Assembly (NCBI GenBank): GCA_002633005.1
Contig: NMRA01000371.1
Location: 241,572-305,571 of the forward strand
Origin: Phoronis australis
Lineage: Eukaryota > Animalia > Phoronida
Length of the DNA stretch: 64,000 nt
Reading direction: 5' to 3'
Part shown: in pieces, positions 1-13,000 of the stretch
How positions within the stretch are numbered: position 1 is the first letter of the stretch
Layout of the letters: each line of letters starts with the position of its first letter
The notes under the pieces: model-generated
What the model saw: the letters and a program-made list of their open reading frames with translations, nothing else
Databases searched by the model: none
Told to the model about the DNA's origin: nothing
Program-made: the position numbers and the translations under genes

Positions 1-125
1 TTGCTGCGTCAGGACTACTAAGACTTAGAACTACCAGTATTGCTGCGTCAGGACTACTAAGACTCAGAACTACCAATATTGCTGCGTCAGGACTACTAAG
101 ACTCAGAACTACCAGTATTGCTGAG
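1..125. repeat. 39-bp minisatellite (at least 3 copies, cut by the window edge)
   Basis: Unit ttgctgcgtcaggactactaagactcagaactaccagta. Confidence 0.9.
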
Positions 126-218
126 TAAGGACTATTAACTAAGTCTCACAGCTACCAATGTCATCAGTGTTTCAATTAGTCCCATTCAGTTGGTGGAAAA
201 ATACAAATCAATACTTAC

Positions 219-3200
219 TGAGCCTTCCCATCTCTTGTCACGACCATAATCACCCTGTTGGATGCTGAACCATTTCTTAATACTGTTACAGCTCTATAGA
301 ACAAAGTGCAATATTGAACAATAGGCAATTCTGACTAAACGGGTCCTGGATTTTGAGAATCAGTTTGATGCCCGTTATTCAGTAGAGGAAACTGGTTCTC
401 AAAATGAGGAACTGATGTAAGTGACTGTTTCGGAATAAAATACATCATCACAGTGTCACAGGAAGTTCTTTCATCAATGACAACGAGAGGAGTCCGATTC
501 ATGAATGTGACTTCAGACAGAAATTTGATCTCACGCTCCCATTTAACACTTATAACATAACAGTTTAGTCACATAACTATCAGCACATCACTAGCTGGAG
601 AGATATTTGTACAAATTTTCTCAGTATTTAGCAGTTATAGGTATATTCTCAGATACACTGTTCTTTTGCAAAAGTGAGTTTTAATTATTTATTAGAACTA
701 ATTATGTGGAGCGTAAGACCAAATCTCTGTCATAAGTCACTTTTCACGAAACAAAACCCTCGACTAATGAACTCAAATTTAATGAGGATAGCAAAAAGTT
801 GTCACATTAGAAACACAGAACTCATTCTGAGGAAACACAGATTGAAATAAATGAAACAGTATTTTGACATGAAGCAACAAAATTAAAAATTGGAGAACTG
901 TAGTATGAAATTCAAGGTCACATATGTTGTAATAAAAGCTGATGTAAAATTAAAGGCATTTTTTTAATTAATGAGTCACTGCTTTAGAGTATTGTTCAAA
1001 AAGAGGCTTTCTATCTTTACTTCTTAAATCCTTACAAAACCCCCAGGAAATGACATCCAGAAAACAGACACGAAGAGTAAAATAGCAGTGATGAGTGCAC
1101 TAACTCCCTCATTAGTTGCAACAATTACCTGGTTATGAAACAACAAGAGCAGTCAATCAGCAATTTTCAAAAAAGTACATTTCCTCACCTTTCGTTGGTT
1201 ACATGTTCCAGACTGTCTCCATTCACTTCAAGGATCTGGTCACCTTCACACAGTCGACCTTCCAACACAGGGTATGAACATTTTACAAAACCAAAACTTG
1301 GAGTGCACGAGTTCAAATAAATTCAGTTTGTACAGTAATGCTTCACTTCTTTATCACACAAGATGGCCGACAAGAGAAATTCTATTTTGTCAAATTTCTC
1401 CAAGAAAACAGGGAATACGAAAATTTTAGTCTATGACTAGCATGGTACGTAAATGTCGTGAACTAAAGTTTGGGTTATGGGTAGCAAGGTAACCAGCCTT
1501 TGAAAAATGACAATTGTGACAATTATTTTTGTGCAAAATGAGTGGAGAGTTACTGTAATAAAACTCTAGTGAAAGATGAGTCCATTTAATGCACAATTAA
1601 TGGACACTCAGTTCTAAGTCAGGTGTCGAGCAACCATTAAAACATTAACTTCACTAGCAATGCTTAGCTCAGATAGTTCAAGTGCTTCTGCTAACATCAG
1701 AAAAACAACTAAGTTGTTATGATCCAACTACCTTTAACAGCACGGGTGGAATTCAAACTAAGTTTCCCAAAAATGGCACGCTAGAGTAAGCAATTGTACC
1801 AAATAGACACGTAATCAAATGAAAGAACTCTTAAAACTGGTTGCAATCGACCTTCCGTGTACAAAAAATGTCCAAATTTCAACTAAGATTATCTGAACAT
1901 GAAAATAAAAAAGCTAAACTTTAATAGGCTCTAGCATTTGGATACTAGAAAGTATCTACTAAAATTTGAAAAGCATACACATAAATACCGTAAAAATTGT
2001 AACCAATATATCGTTAAATGAAAGATCCAGTACCACAGAGTCCAGTAACAAGTTACTTCCTCAATCGCGTACAGTATAGAAAAACGTGTAACAGCTCTAT
2101 TGGGAAACCAATATAATATGACAAACACAACATTAAAATAGACTGAGCATATCACGTCAGACAAATATAGTCTATCCCACAATCCCCTTTAACCCTGTTG
2201 GCCAGAGGAAAGTATTACAAATGAACAATTAATGAAAGCATTCTGAAAAGCAGCACTTGGTGAAATCAAAAGAAAAATTTGAAAGGACAATGACAAAAGT
2301 ACGAACAGAAACAACCAAGGCCCCTGACACCTATCAAAGACAAACGAACGAAAGTGCAATGAAGGAATCATCAGAAAATCTAGTATAATTCGAGAATGTA
2401 AGTCATACAGGAAAATGGACAAGATGCATCCGACTGCTTTTGAAAAGATCTATCCACATACCAAGTTTAAAAAATCTACAGGGACAGCAGAGCAAAAAAG
2501 TAAAAAATGGGCACCATAGCGCCATCTTGCGTTCAATTTCAACCAAAAACAATAGCCATCAAGCAATTCACAAGAGAAACATTGCGTGTAAATTTAATGT
2601 TGACCGGATTAGAAATGTGACCTGTAGCATGAGCACAAACTCACGTTATAACAATGCAACACACGTGGCTTTTGCCATGTAACAACATTCACTTTTTTCT
2701 ATGAGCCTACTATATATAGTCAGATACTTTTACATCAGATGTCCAACTTCAACAACTGACTAACAAGAACCGACGAGATAATTTGACTTCTGGGAACACG
2801 ACGTTGCTGTCTTCGTTATCAAATGTTTATTGCATGAACAACAGAAGACCTACCATCATTCTCAGCCAGACCGCCAGCAAGTACTTTCTTCACAAATATA
2901 CCATAGTCTTTGTCACCATCCTCACTTAGACCACCAATGACCTTGATCCCTGTAACACAGTGATTCAGAACTCAGGACTACCCTGCTGCTAACCTCTACC
3001 ACAAACCTTAATAAATGTGACTTTGAAGAACTCAGGGCTTGCAATGACCATGACAAAAAAGAGGAAAATTTTCCAGGTGACGCATCGTTCTACAAATTTT
3101 CTAAATATTTTTTGTGTTGTAAATTTAACTGCAAGAAACTTTTTTTGCACGGATAAGGTCAAAATATTGATAAAAAAGATGAAAAAGAGGAAAATGGAAA

Positions 3201-4184
3201 TCCAATAAGAGGAAATTGAAACAAAAAAAGAGGAAATCCCCTTAAAAGAGGAAAATTCCAAGCCCTGAGAATTGGCAATGAAAAAAAATCAAGATTAAAA
3301 ACTTTTAGAGCCAGGTCCATGTCTTCAACTCTTTGCCTTTATCTGTTAGCAGGTCAAATAAAAATGGACTTTAATGTAACAAAATGTTCAAGAATGGAAG
3401 TATTTGCCATTACTTTAAAACAAGTTTTCTTACGCTAAAATTAGCAGCATTTATTAAAAGTTGTGAAATAATAAGGTTTACGATGTAAAAACAGCACATA
3501 CCCAGACCATTTCCACAGTTGGTAAATACTACAGTTTCTGTTGGCCTATTTTCAAACTTGTTGACTGGACTGAAAATATAAAACATTTAATTTCATGAAG
3601 ACAACGTCAGCAAATAGGTTACGTATGAGTTTTCACAAATTGCTATCCTGTTGTATAACCTCGCATAATGTCTATAGACCGCATGTGGATAACCAGCACG
3701 AGGTTTCACAAACCTCAAAAGAATTCCCAATGGACAGTAAGACACTGGCATGATACCAAGGGAAGTAAGACAAAAATCTACCTTGCTTCTTATCTTGCCA
3801 CAAGGTCTATTATTTGAGCCTTGGTCCATGTGGCTTTGACAAATCAAATAAAAACTGAATCAAGCTATTAAATATTCGGTCTGTTACGACTTCACCTGGG
3901 AAAGACTGTGAATGCCTCAACGAAGTGTTTCATGTGACCTTGATAAATGTTTCCAGTTCACCAGGTGCACAGCATCAGCACGTCATGTCAAAATTATCCG
4001 AGAGGCCCGACCCATATACTCTGGCTGATCAACAGAGAGTCATGGAGGGCACAAGCAAAGCAAAAAGAAACAGTAAAAAAACACAGACTGGTCCTATGTT
4101 GTGTATTTTGATAACCCATAGCACTGTCTACCTGTTGTTATACACGTTGCTAGGAGACTCTGTAACTACCATAGTGGATGACAT
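219..4184 (-). CDS. STXBP4: PDZ-domain protein, syntaxin-binding protein 4-like (5' part; continues beyond the left edge)
   Basis: Phase-compatible GT-AG exons 4184-4132, 3569-3502, 2949-2854, 1258-1189 and 293-219 translate to MSSTMVVTESPSNVYNNSPVNKFENRPTETVVFTNCGNGLGIKVIGGLSEDGDKDYGIFVKKVLAGGLAENDGRLCEGDQILEVNGDSLEHVTNERAVTVLRNGSASNRVIMVVTRDGKA. This is a complete PDZ domain (GLGI loop, DGRL..GDQILEVNG). The STXBP4-like assignment is from recalled similarity and is less certain than the PDZ call. Confidence 0.8.
3033..3267. mobile_element. Non-autonomous hAT-like MITE
   Basis: TIRs CAGGGCTTG / CAAGCCCTG with subterminal AAAAGAGGAAA repeats. No clean 8-bp TSD. Confidence 0.55.
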
Positions 4185-4860
4185 GGTCCAAATGTGGTAC
4201 TACAAACCTACAATAAAAATCATAACCTGATAACGAAATTGCATAATTTCACAATATCTGTAGCTCATAAGATTATACAAGAGCTTGTGCTCCTACAGGT
4301 GCGTGTACTTATACAAGAGCGAGTGTACAAGAAGATTTTGAGAAAGCTCATATCTGCAGAAGCTAGTGCTTAAATGGAAATTTTTCAACACGCACACGCA
4401 CACACACATTTTAATGACTTTATTCAGGACATAATATCCATTTTTTTCTCACACCGGTCGGGTGAAGCATTTAAACCAAAGTACATTTAGCCTACAGATT
4501 GTTTGCTAAGCCATATACCTATTTCTGCATTTTATTTTGAACTCATAATCAACTGCTTTTTACACAAGAAATCTTTACTTACATAATATGTACTGGCACA
4601 ACTTTTCTCTATCAGATCAGTTTCATGCATAGTAGCTGATACGAATTCAAATATAAATTCAGGGCAAAGACAAAACTACATTTTTTGTACAATGTACCTT
4701 ACAAGATTTTATGTCAACATTTCAAACCCTTTATGCGTATCACATAATCGGAATTCAAAACATAGGTATAGATGGATTAAAAGCTGTTACAAAACATAAT
4801 TGCAAGCAAAAATGAAAGTGGACGCTCATTTTTAGCGCATTGATAGATTACAGCCTATTC

Positions 4861-5115
4861 CATACTGTGCACAACTAATCATAGCCAGATGCAGAGTGGC
4901 TAGCATACTGTGCACAACTAATCATAGCCAGATGCAGAGTGGCTGGCATACTGTGCACAACTAATCATAGCCAGATGCAGAGTGGCTGGCATACTGTGCA
5001 TAACTAATCATAGCCAGATGCAGAGTGGCTGGCATACTGTGCACAACTAATCATAGCCAGATGCAGAGTGGCTGGCATACTGTGCACAACTAATCATAGC
5101 CAGATGCACAGTGGC
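4861..5115. repeat. 43-bp minisatellite, about 6 copies
   Basis: Unit catactgtgcacaactaatcatagccagatgcagagtggctgg, near-identical copies with no spacers. Confidence 0.95.
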
Positions 5116-6137
5116 CCAAACCTTCTTCGGACATTTGTGTTTGACTTTAAGTCCACTATCAGTAAATGGAGTTCAGCCTTAAACTTCGTTAATGAAATGA
5201 AGGACTATTCGGAAAAAATGCATATTACCAAAATGTTTGTTGAGTTACAAAGATTTAATCTATGTACTCCAAAGGTGTTCTATATTCAAAAGGTATTTAT
5301 AGTGACATGACTTCTCGTATACATGGCATAATAAGATGTTACAGTCAAGCGACCAGTTTCAATACATTTTCCATATTTCGTTGAAACTGCTATGAGTTGT
5401 TTGTAAATTCTTTTCTTAAACAAAGACTTCACTTTTGGGAATTTTTCATTTACTAAATCTTGTAACTAGAAGCCATATTTATGTTCTGACTGATCTTTAA
5501 AGAATGTAACGTCAAAACTCTCAGAGAACCTAAAAATCGCACACCATGTTGTCGCCTACGCCACATCGAGGTACATTGTCGCCTAATTGCAGCATGTGTA
5601 TGTTGACATATTTGCAGCTACAATTAACATAAATCAGTATGTTATCTAATAAAATGTAATTTGATGAAAGCACAGCATTTTTTTCAATGAATCGCTGCAG
5701 ACGACATGTAATGTAAAGTGTGCTCTTGGCAGAGTGCATGGATGAACGCTGCCGCCTGCCGGCTAAGTGAATTTACTCTAAACAAACATTGGTAGATTGC
5801 CAGTTCATTCAGATGTTATCATTATGGAGATAGATTTTAGGTTCTCCTTTTACAATCGTTTTATGCGATCATCCACTCTCTTTAGACTAACTTGGGGGCC
5901 TAAATTGCACTCTTTCAAAACGAAGCAATGCTATAAAATGAAATGGTACCGAACATTGAACGTAGTGCAATAGAACTGAATACGAGGTAATTTTATTTCA
6001 CAGATTTTGCCGCAAGTAAGATTTTCTAAAACAGTGAGTCAACTGAGACTCTTGAGTCAGAATGATTTTGAATTTAAATATAGCGATTAGCGGTCATTGA
6101 ATTTGATTTTGAGAAGCAAGCAATCACTGTGGCACAA

Positions 6138-6360
6138 GTCAGATATAACGGACCCTTTATTAGAGAACCGGGCAGTCACTAAAGGAGGCCCCGTTATTTA
6201 GTGGATGAAACTGGTTCTCTAAATCCGGGTCTATTATATCCGACTAGTTCCACTCAGGGCACAAGCCACAACTTCACAAGTGGCTATCAATGAATAACGC
6301 CTAACGGGCCCGTTCTTCAGGTGTAACAGGCTCTCAAAATCAAGGACCGCTATATCCGAA
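6138..6360. mobile_element. Short hairpin MITE family (related degenerate copy at about 330-426)
   Basis: TIRs agtcagatataa / ttatatccgact around ...cccgttatt.agt.ga.gaaactggttctc.aaat..., a core shared with 370-405. A partial further copy is at 6302-6360. Confidence 0.55.
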
Positions 6361-6409
6361 CAGGGCCCCATAAATTGAACATATTGAAAGTATACACTCA
6401 GCTACTCGC

Positions 6410-6490
6410 CTTTCTACATAGTTAAACAAGTAGGCAAATAAACTATACAATCTTCAAGTTCCTGTGTTGTTGTCTACCGCCATTTTTGTT
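6410..6490 (-). other. Putative non-coding first exon of the PDZ/STXBP4-like gene
   Basis: YY1-like AAAATGGCGG at 6486-6477, a 9-codon uORF (MAVDNNTGT), then a candidate GC donor AAAG|GCGAGT at 6409. The first coding exon has its own acceptor (ttgtag at 4208), so an upstream leader exon is implied. Confidence 0.4.
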
Positions 6491-7003
6491 ATCTAAGCGC
6501 CACCTTGCGTTAATTATTAAGGGAGCATCACATTTTTTTTATAAAATACTATTTGTTCTAATAAATGCTATATTCCCGTTTTAAACTGTTAAAGGGGTAT
6601 TAATAAATATCTCTTATTGACATGTTTATCAATTCTAACCGAAATAAGTATACGAAGGTATAAAATGTAAAAATGATTAGTCTTCTTAATGCATACTCAA
6701 TTTTACCCACAGTCCTACTGTCGGCCATAGTGAAATTGAGTTTTGAGATCTAGTTGTTGGAAGTATTTATATTTCAAAAAACAAGCCCTGTTTTTCACCT
6801 TGGAGTATCATGATTACTTTGGAAAGCGTTCCGGAACAATGGAAAAGAACATGATATGGATTTGAAACGTGAATTTAGCTTAAAAGCCCTGGTTTAAAGA
6901 CTTCGAAAACGGCTTTGTCAAGATTGTCTCAGCTGATTGAGTTTTCGTCAACAGAGAGACTTTCGTTGACAACATTTTTTTTTGTCAACGACGACAGGGA
7001 ATC
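6470..7003. promoter_or_regulatory. Bidirectional promoter region between the STXBP4-like gene and UBL3
   Basis: Divergent gene starts about 0.5 kb apart; YY1-like CCGCCATTTT (6477-6486) and CTCF-like AGCGCCACCTTGCG (6496-6509). Confidence 0.5.
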
Positions 7004-10000
7004 ATGAGTTCTAAGACTAAACACATACCAAGTGATAAGGTAGGTTGGTTGTTGGACACACAGTTTGACTTGATTTGCTATTTTTCTTCTCATCAACTTT
7101 TTCTTCAGGCATGGCATATTATTAATTATTTTGACTTCAAATTCAATTCTCCAATGAATTGAAGTTGACAACACAATCATCCTGGCCACTGAAGAGAGTG
7201 GTAATGTACCTCCTTTGAGAATAGTCTTCTGATTCACTTAATTCATTAGTGAACTGCTCTATGTCTTCATTGGGTAAATTATCTCAAAAATTGCCAGGAC
7301 ACTATAACCTCTGAATTTTACTAGATTGATAACAAATAAATGACAAAACTGTGATTACTTGTCATTGGCAGTTTTATGTCATATTATTCGCTAACTTTCC
7401 TAAATAACCAGATAAGTTGCGCCATTGTTGTAAGAAAACATTACTGGCAACGGATGTTGTCCAACATTTTGTCAAGAAAATCATGCTGGTTATTAGATTG
7501 GATTTTTAAAGAATTAAAACTCTTTTGAAAATGTAAAGATCAAAAAACCTCAAAAAGTGACACAGTTTATTGATAGATAAGTCTGATTTTGTCAGGTTTT
7601 GTGATTTTCGGTATATTTTCGCTTAAACGTTGTCTCTGCCAACTCCTTCATGGCTTGGCAATCATTGGCGCAGGAGGATTACTAAGCCTGCTCTCGTAAT
7701 GTTGGTTGGTGGACCAACTAGTATGGGAAATGAAGAAGTAAACATGACATGGTAAAGTTATTATCACCAAATGCATCCGGCCTATTTAGGACTTGTTTTA
7801 GCATTGAATGAAATTCCAGTTCTCAACCAACATAGACTACTATTGTTGCATTTTATGTGCAAATCATAAAAAAATGTGTTGAGCGTTTAGTTGAATGAGG
7901 ACATTATGAACTCAAATGGGTATTGCTTACTGAGCTACAGAAGACTATTGAGAATACAGTTTTATAGAATCGAGTGTATAGTGAATATATTAAAAAATAG
8001 TTGAAGGCAGTCTGGTACACGATGATCTGCACAGACCATACGGCACATTTGGGCCACGCGTAAATTGTCTGGCTTGGAGTATGTCAAGATATCGATTTAA
8101 ATCTTAAAAATGTCCATAAATACATTGTGAAATGTATCGATTTGGCTATTATGAGATTAACTGGACAAGAAACAGAAATCAATTTTTATGTCATTGGTAA
8201 ATTCTTTTGGGAGTTGTTCATTATCTTAGACTGGCTTCACGTTGACTGGCATGTTAACAGTCTGAAGACCAGTCTGTGTTATTTACCAAATAGTTGTTAT
8301 CAAATGCCATAACTCCTGTTTATGTCATTGCCATTTAGTGGTAGTTCTGATGTCAGACATGTCTGTAAATCCAAATATATGACTGCAGCCATTTTAGGAA
8401 CTTCTGAATGTGGACTCAAACATATCGTGGGCCAGGGGCTTTTACTTGAAGCCAGAAGTATAAGTTTCAATGGGTTTTATGGCTTCCAACTTCCAAAGAA
8501 TGTTTGTTAAGACAAAACATGTATGTTATCAGCACTAGTAAAAGGTCAGTTTTCAACTAAGGGAGTATGTGCTTGAATTTTTCAAGTTTAGGTGTTTTTA
8601 AAATGATTTAGCACATTTAAGAAAAACGAAATTTCGACATATGTTGTCACTAATTTTGTTTTTCATATTTATGAAAAAATAACCTTCGCTTACTTCAAAG
8701 ACCAAAAGTTTGCCATATTTCAAGTACAACCCAAGTGGCTTAACCACTAGAATAGAAATTCATGGTTATATTCTCACAATCCTAGATTTCAGTGAAATGT
8801 TCACATTGGCCAGTTTTGTCAAGACTTGATTAAGTGGGTTCAGCTGTCTATAGGTGCCAGTATTATTCCTCTGTGCCTCTCAGACATCAAGTGTAACTTT
8901 AATTCAGTCAAGATGGATGTGTTGTGTTTACTCCTGTCCTCACATTGGTTGTGGTTCCACACTGGTGGTAGTAAGTACTAGCAGTATGACACTGGTGGTG
9001 GTACTAGCAGTATGACACTGGTGGTAGTACTAGCAGTATGACACTGGTTTGTGCTGGATCATACAGGCGTGTTGGATAGTAACAAGGTACTAGAGCACCA
9101 TGGGAGGTCTGAGAGTGTGACAGGGTGCAGAAAACTCTTGATATTATGAGCTGCTTACAGCCCCTGGTACCCATGCAGGGATTCATCCAAGATTTAAAAA
9201 ATAGGATGTCCAGAACGGGTTTCTTCATTTCTCAGAACGTCGTAAGTCCGATGTCAGTTTGCGGTCGTTTTATGCTGTGTCGGTACCCATGTGCATTTTC
9301 AAGAACAACATGGCTGTCATTCAGGAATCATTCCTGAACTGATGTCGAGGGAAAGCATTTCATGGAAATAAACGATACAAGGTGCAAAATTGGATTCAAA
9401 AAAGCTTGTATCATGAAGAGGAAAATAGCATGTTACATAGCTAATTTGGTATGTATGTACGTACGTATGTATGTACGTACGTATGTATATAGTAAAAATT
9501 TTCCAATTTGGGAGTCACCAGAATTTTGGACACGGAAACTCCGGCAATAATTGAATTTTCTTGATTCTGGAATTTAGGACAAGGGCAACTTTGGCGTTCA
9601 CTGTATTTCTCATATTGTGGACAATGTGTTTTCAGTTAACACAGTGGGTAATTTTGCCGTCTTGCCGATGATTCTTGAATTTGGGACAGCCAATATTGTC
9701 TTTTTCTAGGTCCAAGCAAAATAACAATGTGACAGATTGTGTTTGGCTACCTGAGAAAATCCCAAGTCTCCACTGCGAGTATCAAAGTCAGCCAATAATT
9801 CCCCCGAAATTTGTGTCAAAGGTTGTGTTGACCTCCAAACATAAACTTCTAACAGTTTTCATAGACTTAATAGCTGTGGTTCACAATTGTTCCATATATT
9901 TCATGAAATCAGTCCATTTACCCCCACAGTAGTGAATACACATCAAACGCACTTAAATTACAACAGGAAACAAACTGACAGAAGTGGGAATTGTTCATCA

Positions 10001-13000
10001 AATATCAGGCAAGATCGGTCAAACACACGCCTCCAATGTATGTAATGGTCTGCGTTCTATCTTTGTTGGCAGGAGGAATTGAGTTAGAGTTTGAATAGTA
10101 CATGTTTTGTACGAGGAGAAATTGGAAGAGGTATACGTAAGTTTCTGCAAACAGGGCATGGCACAACCTTTTTAGTGGAGAAATTCGACATCAGTTTCTG
10201 CTGACCTCAAGTTTCCACCTGGGATGTTCGCCAAGTGGCCAAATGTAATTTGGCATTAACCTAGTTGTTAAGCATTGATGCAAATGTGTATAGATATATT
10301 TTCAAGTATTTCAGCTAGAATAACCCCTTAAGGTAAGATCTTTAAAGATCCAAAACAAAGGGAAATGGTTAACCTCAAAATGCCCCATGCTATCTATGTT
10401 GATCTGTACTCAAACACTTGATGTATACTTGTTACACATTCATTTGTTCATACCATAATGGGATAAGGTCAGGACTGACTCATTCTTTATTCAACACTGG
10501 TCTTGTTTACTGTACTCATTCTGTTTCACCTGATCATGAACACAAACTGGAAAGTGGAATGTGAAATATAGCATTATAGGGGTGTCTAGTATATTACTTG
10601 TGCAGTGCAAGCTTCTACTATGAAGTTGAACAAATGACGAGACTCTTGGGTCTGTCCTTGATTTTCGTTGTGTATAGCCTGTAAACCCAACACTTGTCTT
10701 TGCCTACATTTTATGGCACCATGATTCACCAGTTGTTAACACAGCTCATAAGGTATCAGACTCGTTCTATGATCCTAGTAGGCCATGTAGTTGTGTTTAT
10801 TCATCTCTAACTTTCTTAAAGTTTCACCACAAGTATTGCACCCAGTTGCCTGAACTGTAAAACAGAGTGTCAACACAGTTTTGCTGGTGACCTCCTATTG
10901 CTGTTTATGTGGTGGGACTAGTATAGGGTATCCCATAAGAACAATGAGGGCTGTGGTGGTCAGTTTGTCTAGTTATTGATTCTTAGTATTTGTTTGTGAC
11001 ACTAGGAGGAGTGGTGTAAGGGTGAATATTGATTGAAATGGAATGTACTCCCATAGAGTCTTACACTGATGCATAATTATTCAGGAGGTTTTACTTATTT
11101 CACCGTAGCTACACTCTGCTTAGACAGAAAGGATGGGTCTTATGTCACTTTTCCTTTAGCTAAACTCCATCCATACACAGACTTACCCCAGAACAAGTTA
11201 CTCCTGGAACGAGTTGTCCCTAAGTTTGGAGGCTGTGTGGACGCTATTTAAACTAGCACAACTTACCCCACTTGTGACAACTTACTACACATTGTCAAGG
11301 TGGGGTAACTTGCGCCACTTCTAATTCCTGTGTGGTTGCAAACCTGGGTCAAGGAGGTCCGAGTAATTACCAGCTGCGGTTACATATAGACATTTTTTCT
11401 TGCGTGTGGTATTTCGCTTCAGGGGTTCTTTGTCACACATGTAGCAACAACTTCCACCATATCCTAGTAAGGGATATGTGTATATACGCTCCACTCAAAA
11501 GTAGGGTAAGTTGCATTAGTGCAAGTTGTTCTAGGGTAGGCTGTGTGTGCCCCGGACCTGTGGCAGTGCCGTCATAACTCCCCTCACCTTTCCCACTAAC
11601 TCATCTCTGGTAGCAACACCAGAGTTTCTGCTAGTTCTAGGGATTAAACACAAGATGTCATAGTTGACCGGCACTCTCCATTGATTGTGTTTCATGTTGC
11701 GACCTCTGGTGATTGAAGTGGAGTTAACCTTTCCCACTGCAGGGGAGTTGCGCAATGCCGCCGTGTAATGCACCTATATTAAGAGCAGTTGCGATGTCGC
11801 ACTGACAGAAGTTCCGCAAAACAGGCGAGTTTGTGGCGTCAGTGTGATAGCAGTATTGATTGGTTAAAATCCAGATTAAAATGATTCAAATTAAAAATAG
11901 ACATGTAACCCAGAGTCTATCAAATCTAGAATCAGAGCTCACAAAGAAGTCCAGTTTGTGGTGTTGTGAAGAGCATGTGCCTAGGAATATGCTGGCCGGT
12001 GGCTAATGTGGTTTTTCACACCACTTAAGTGCCATTTAGTAAATGGCACTTAAGTGGTACAAAAGTTGACAGGGATCAGCTAACAGGGAACTACGGTACT
12101 TGTTCCAGTGCATCAGCTAACACGGAACTAGTTGTTCTTACGCAAGTATGTGTTTTAACGGGACTGAACTGGAGCAAATTGATACCGCGGTGACAACTTT
12201 TGCCACCCGTTTGTGAGGTAGAGCAATTTGCGCTAGAACATCTTGCTCCGTGTCAGTTATGTGTCTAAACACGAAACTGGGGCAAGGCGGAAAGGATCAT
12301 ATCTACTGCACTTGTGTAATGACCTAAATACAGGTTCTCTGTCTCTTCAACTCCCGTCATTTGTAAACCTGCGCATGTGTGATCCTATCTCCAGCCTACA
12401 CTTTCGGTGCTTGCCACATTTAGTGAGTTGTGTGTGTAAATGGACGCTTGGCACTGATCAATTTGCTCCGTGTCAGTTGCGCGGGGCCAAAAGTTGATGT
12501 CTAAACGGGACTTTAGTCGAATACCTTGTTGGTCACCAGCACATTATGCAATCCTGCCACAGTTTGTACCATCCTGTGGTCACTGAATCATTGTCTTGTA
12601 TCAGCTTAACTTGTTATCTTCCAAGAATCAATTGGAAAGTGAATGTGAGTTTAACTAGACTTGAATTCAACGTCAAAAAGTCAGTCCATTCAAAATTCTT
12701 CTCGACTGATTCACGTGCGTTTCCATTTACTTGGGAGAGCAAGGCCAGTTGAAACCAGTATTTGTATAAAGATATGGAGTGGATTGTGAATTGTTTGCAA
12801 CTATGCTGTTTTCAGTATTGTCACAAATACATTCCGTCTATTTTCAAGTTTGGAAGCTGAATTGTAAAAATCCCGATGTCAGATGCTGTAGTCAAGTATC
12901 CGGTACTTTGCGTATTTGCATTTTGTTGACTAGACCACTATCACCATGGTGTGTGGATTTGGACGTGTATTATTTTATCGTACCAGCATCTGAGTGAACA

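Noticed and set aside
3782-3829. ATG-initiated segment MDQGSNNRPCGKIRSK with a donor-like end as first exon of the PDZ gene
   Set aside because: It ends in phase 0, but the next exon needs phase 2. Exon 4132-4184 fits the phase.
4861-5115. Regular direct repeats (also 1-125, 37099-37259, 40311-40450, 52471-52668) as CRISPR arrays
   Set aside because: Head-to-tail units with no unique spacers, no cas genes, and a eukaryotic intronic context. These are minisatellites.
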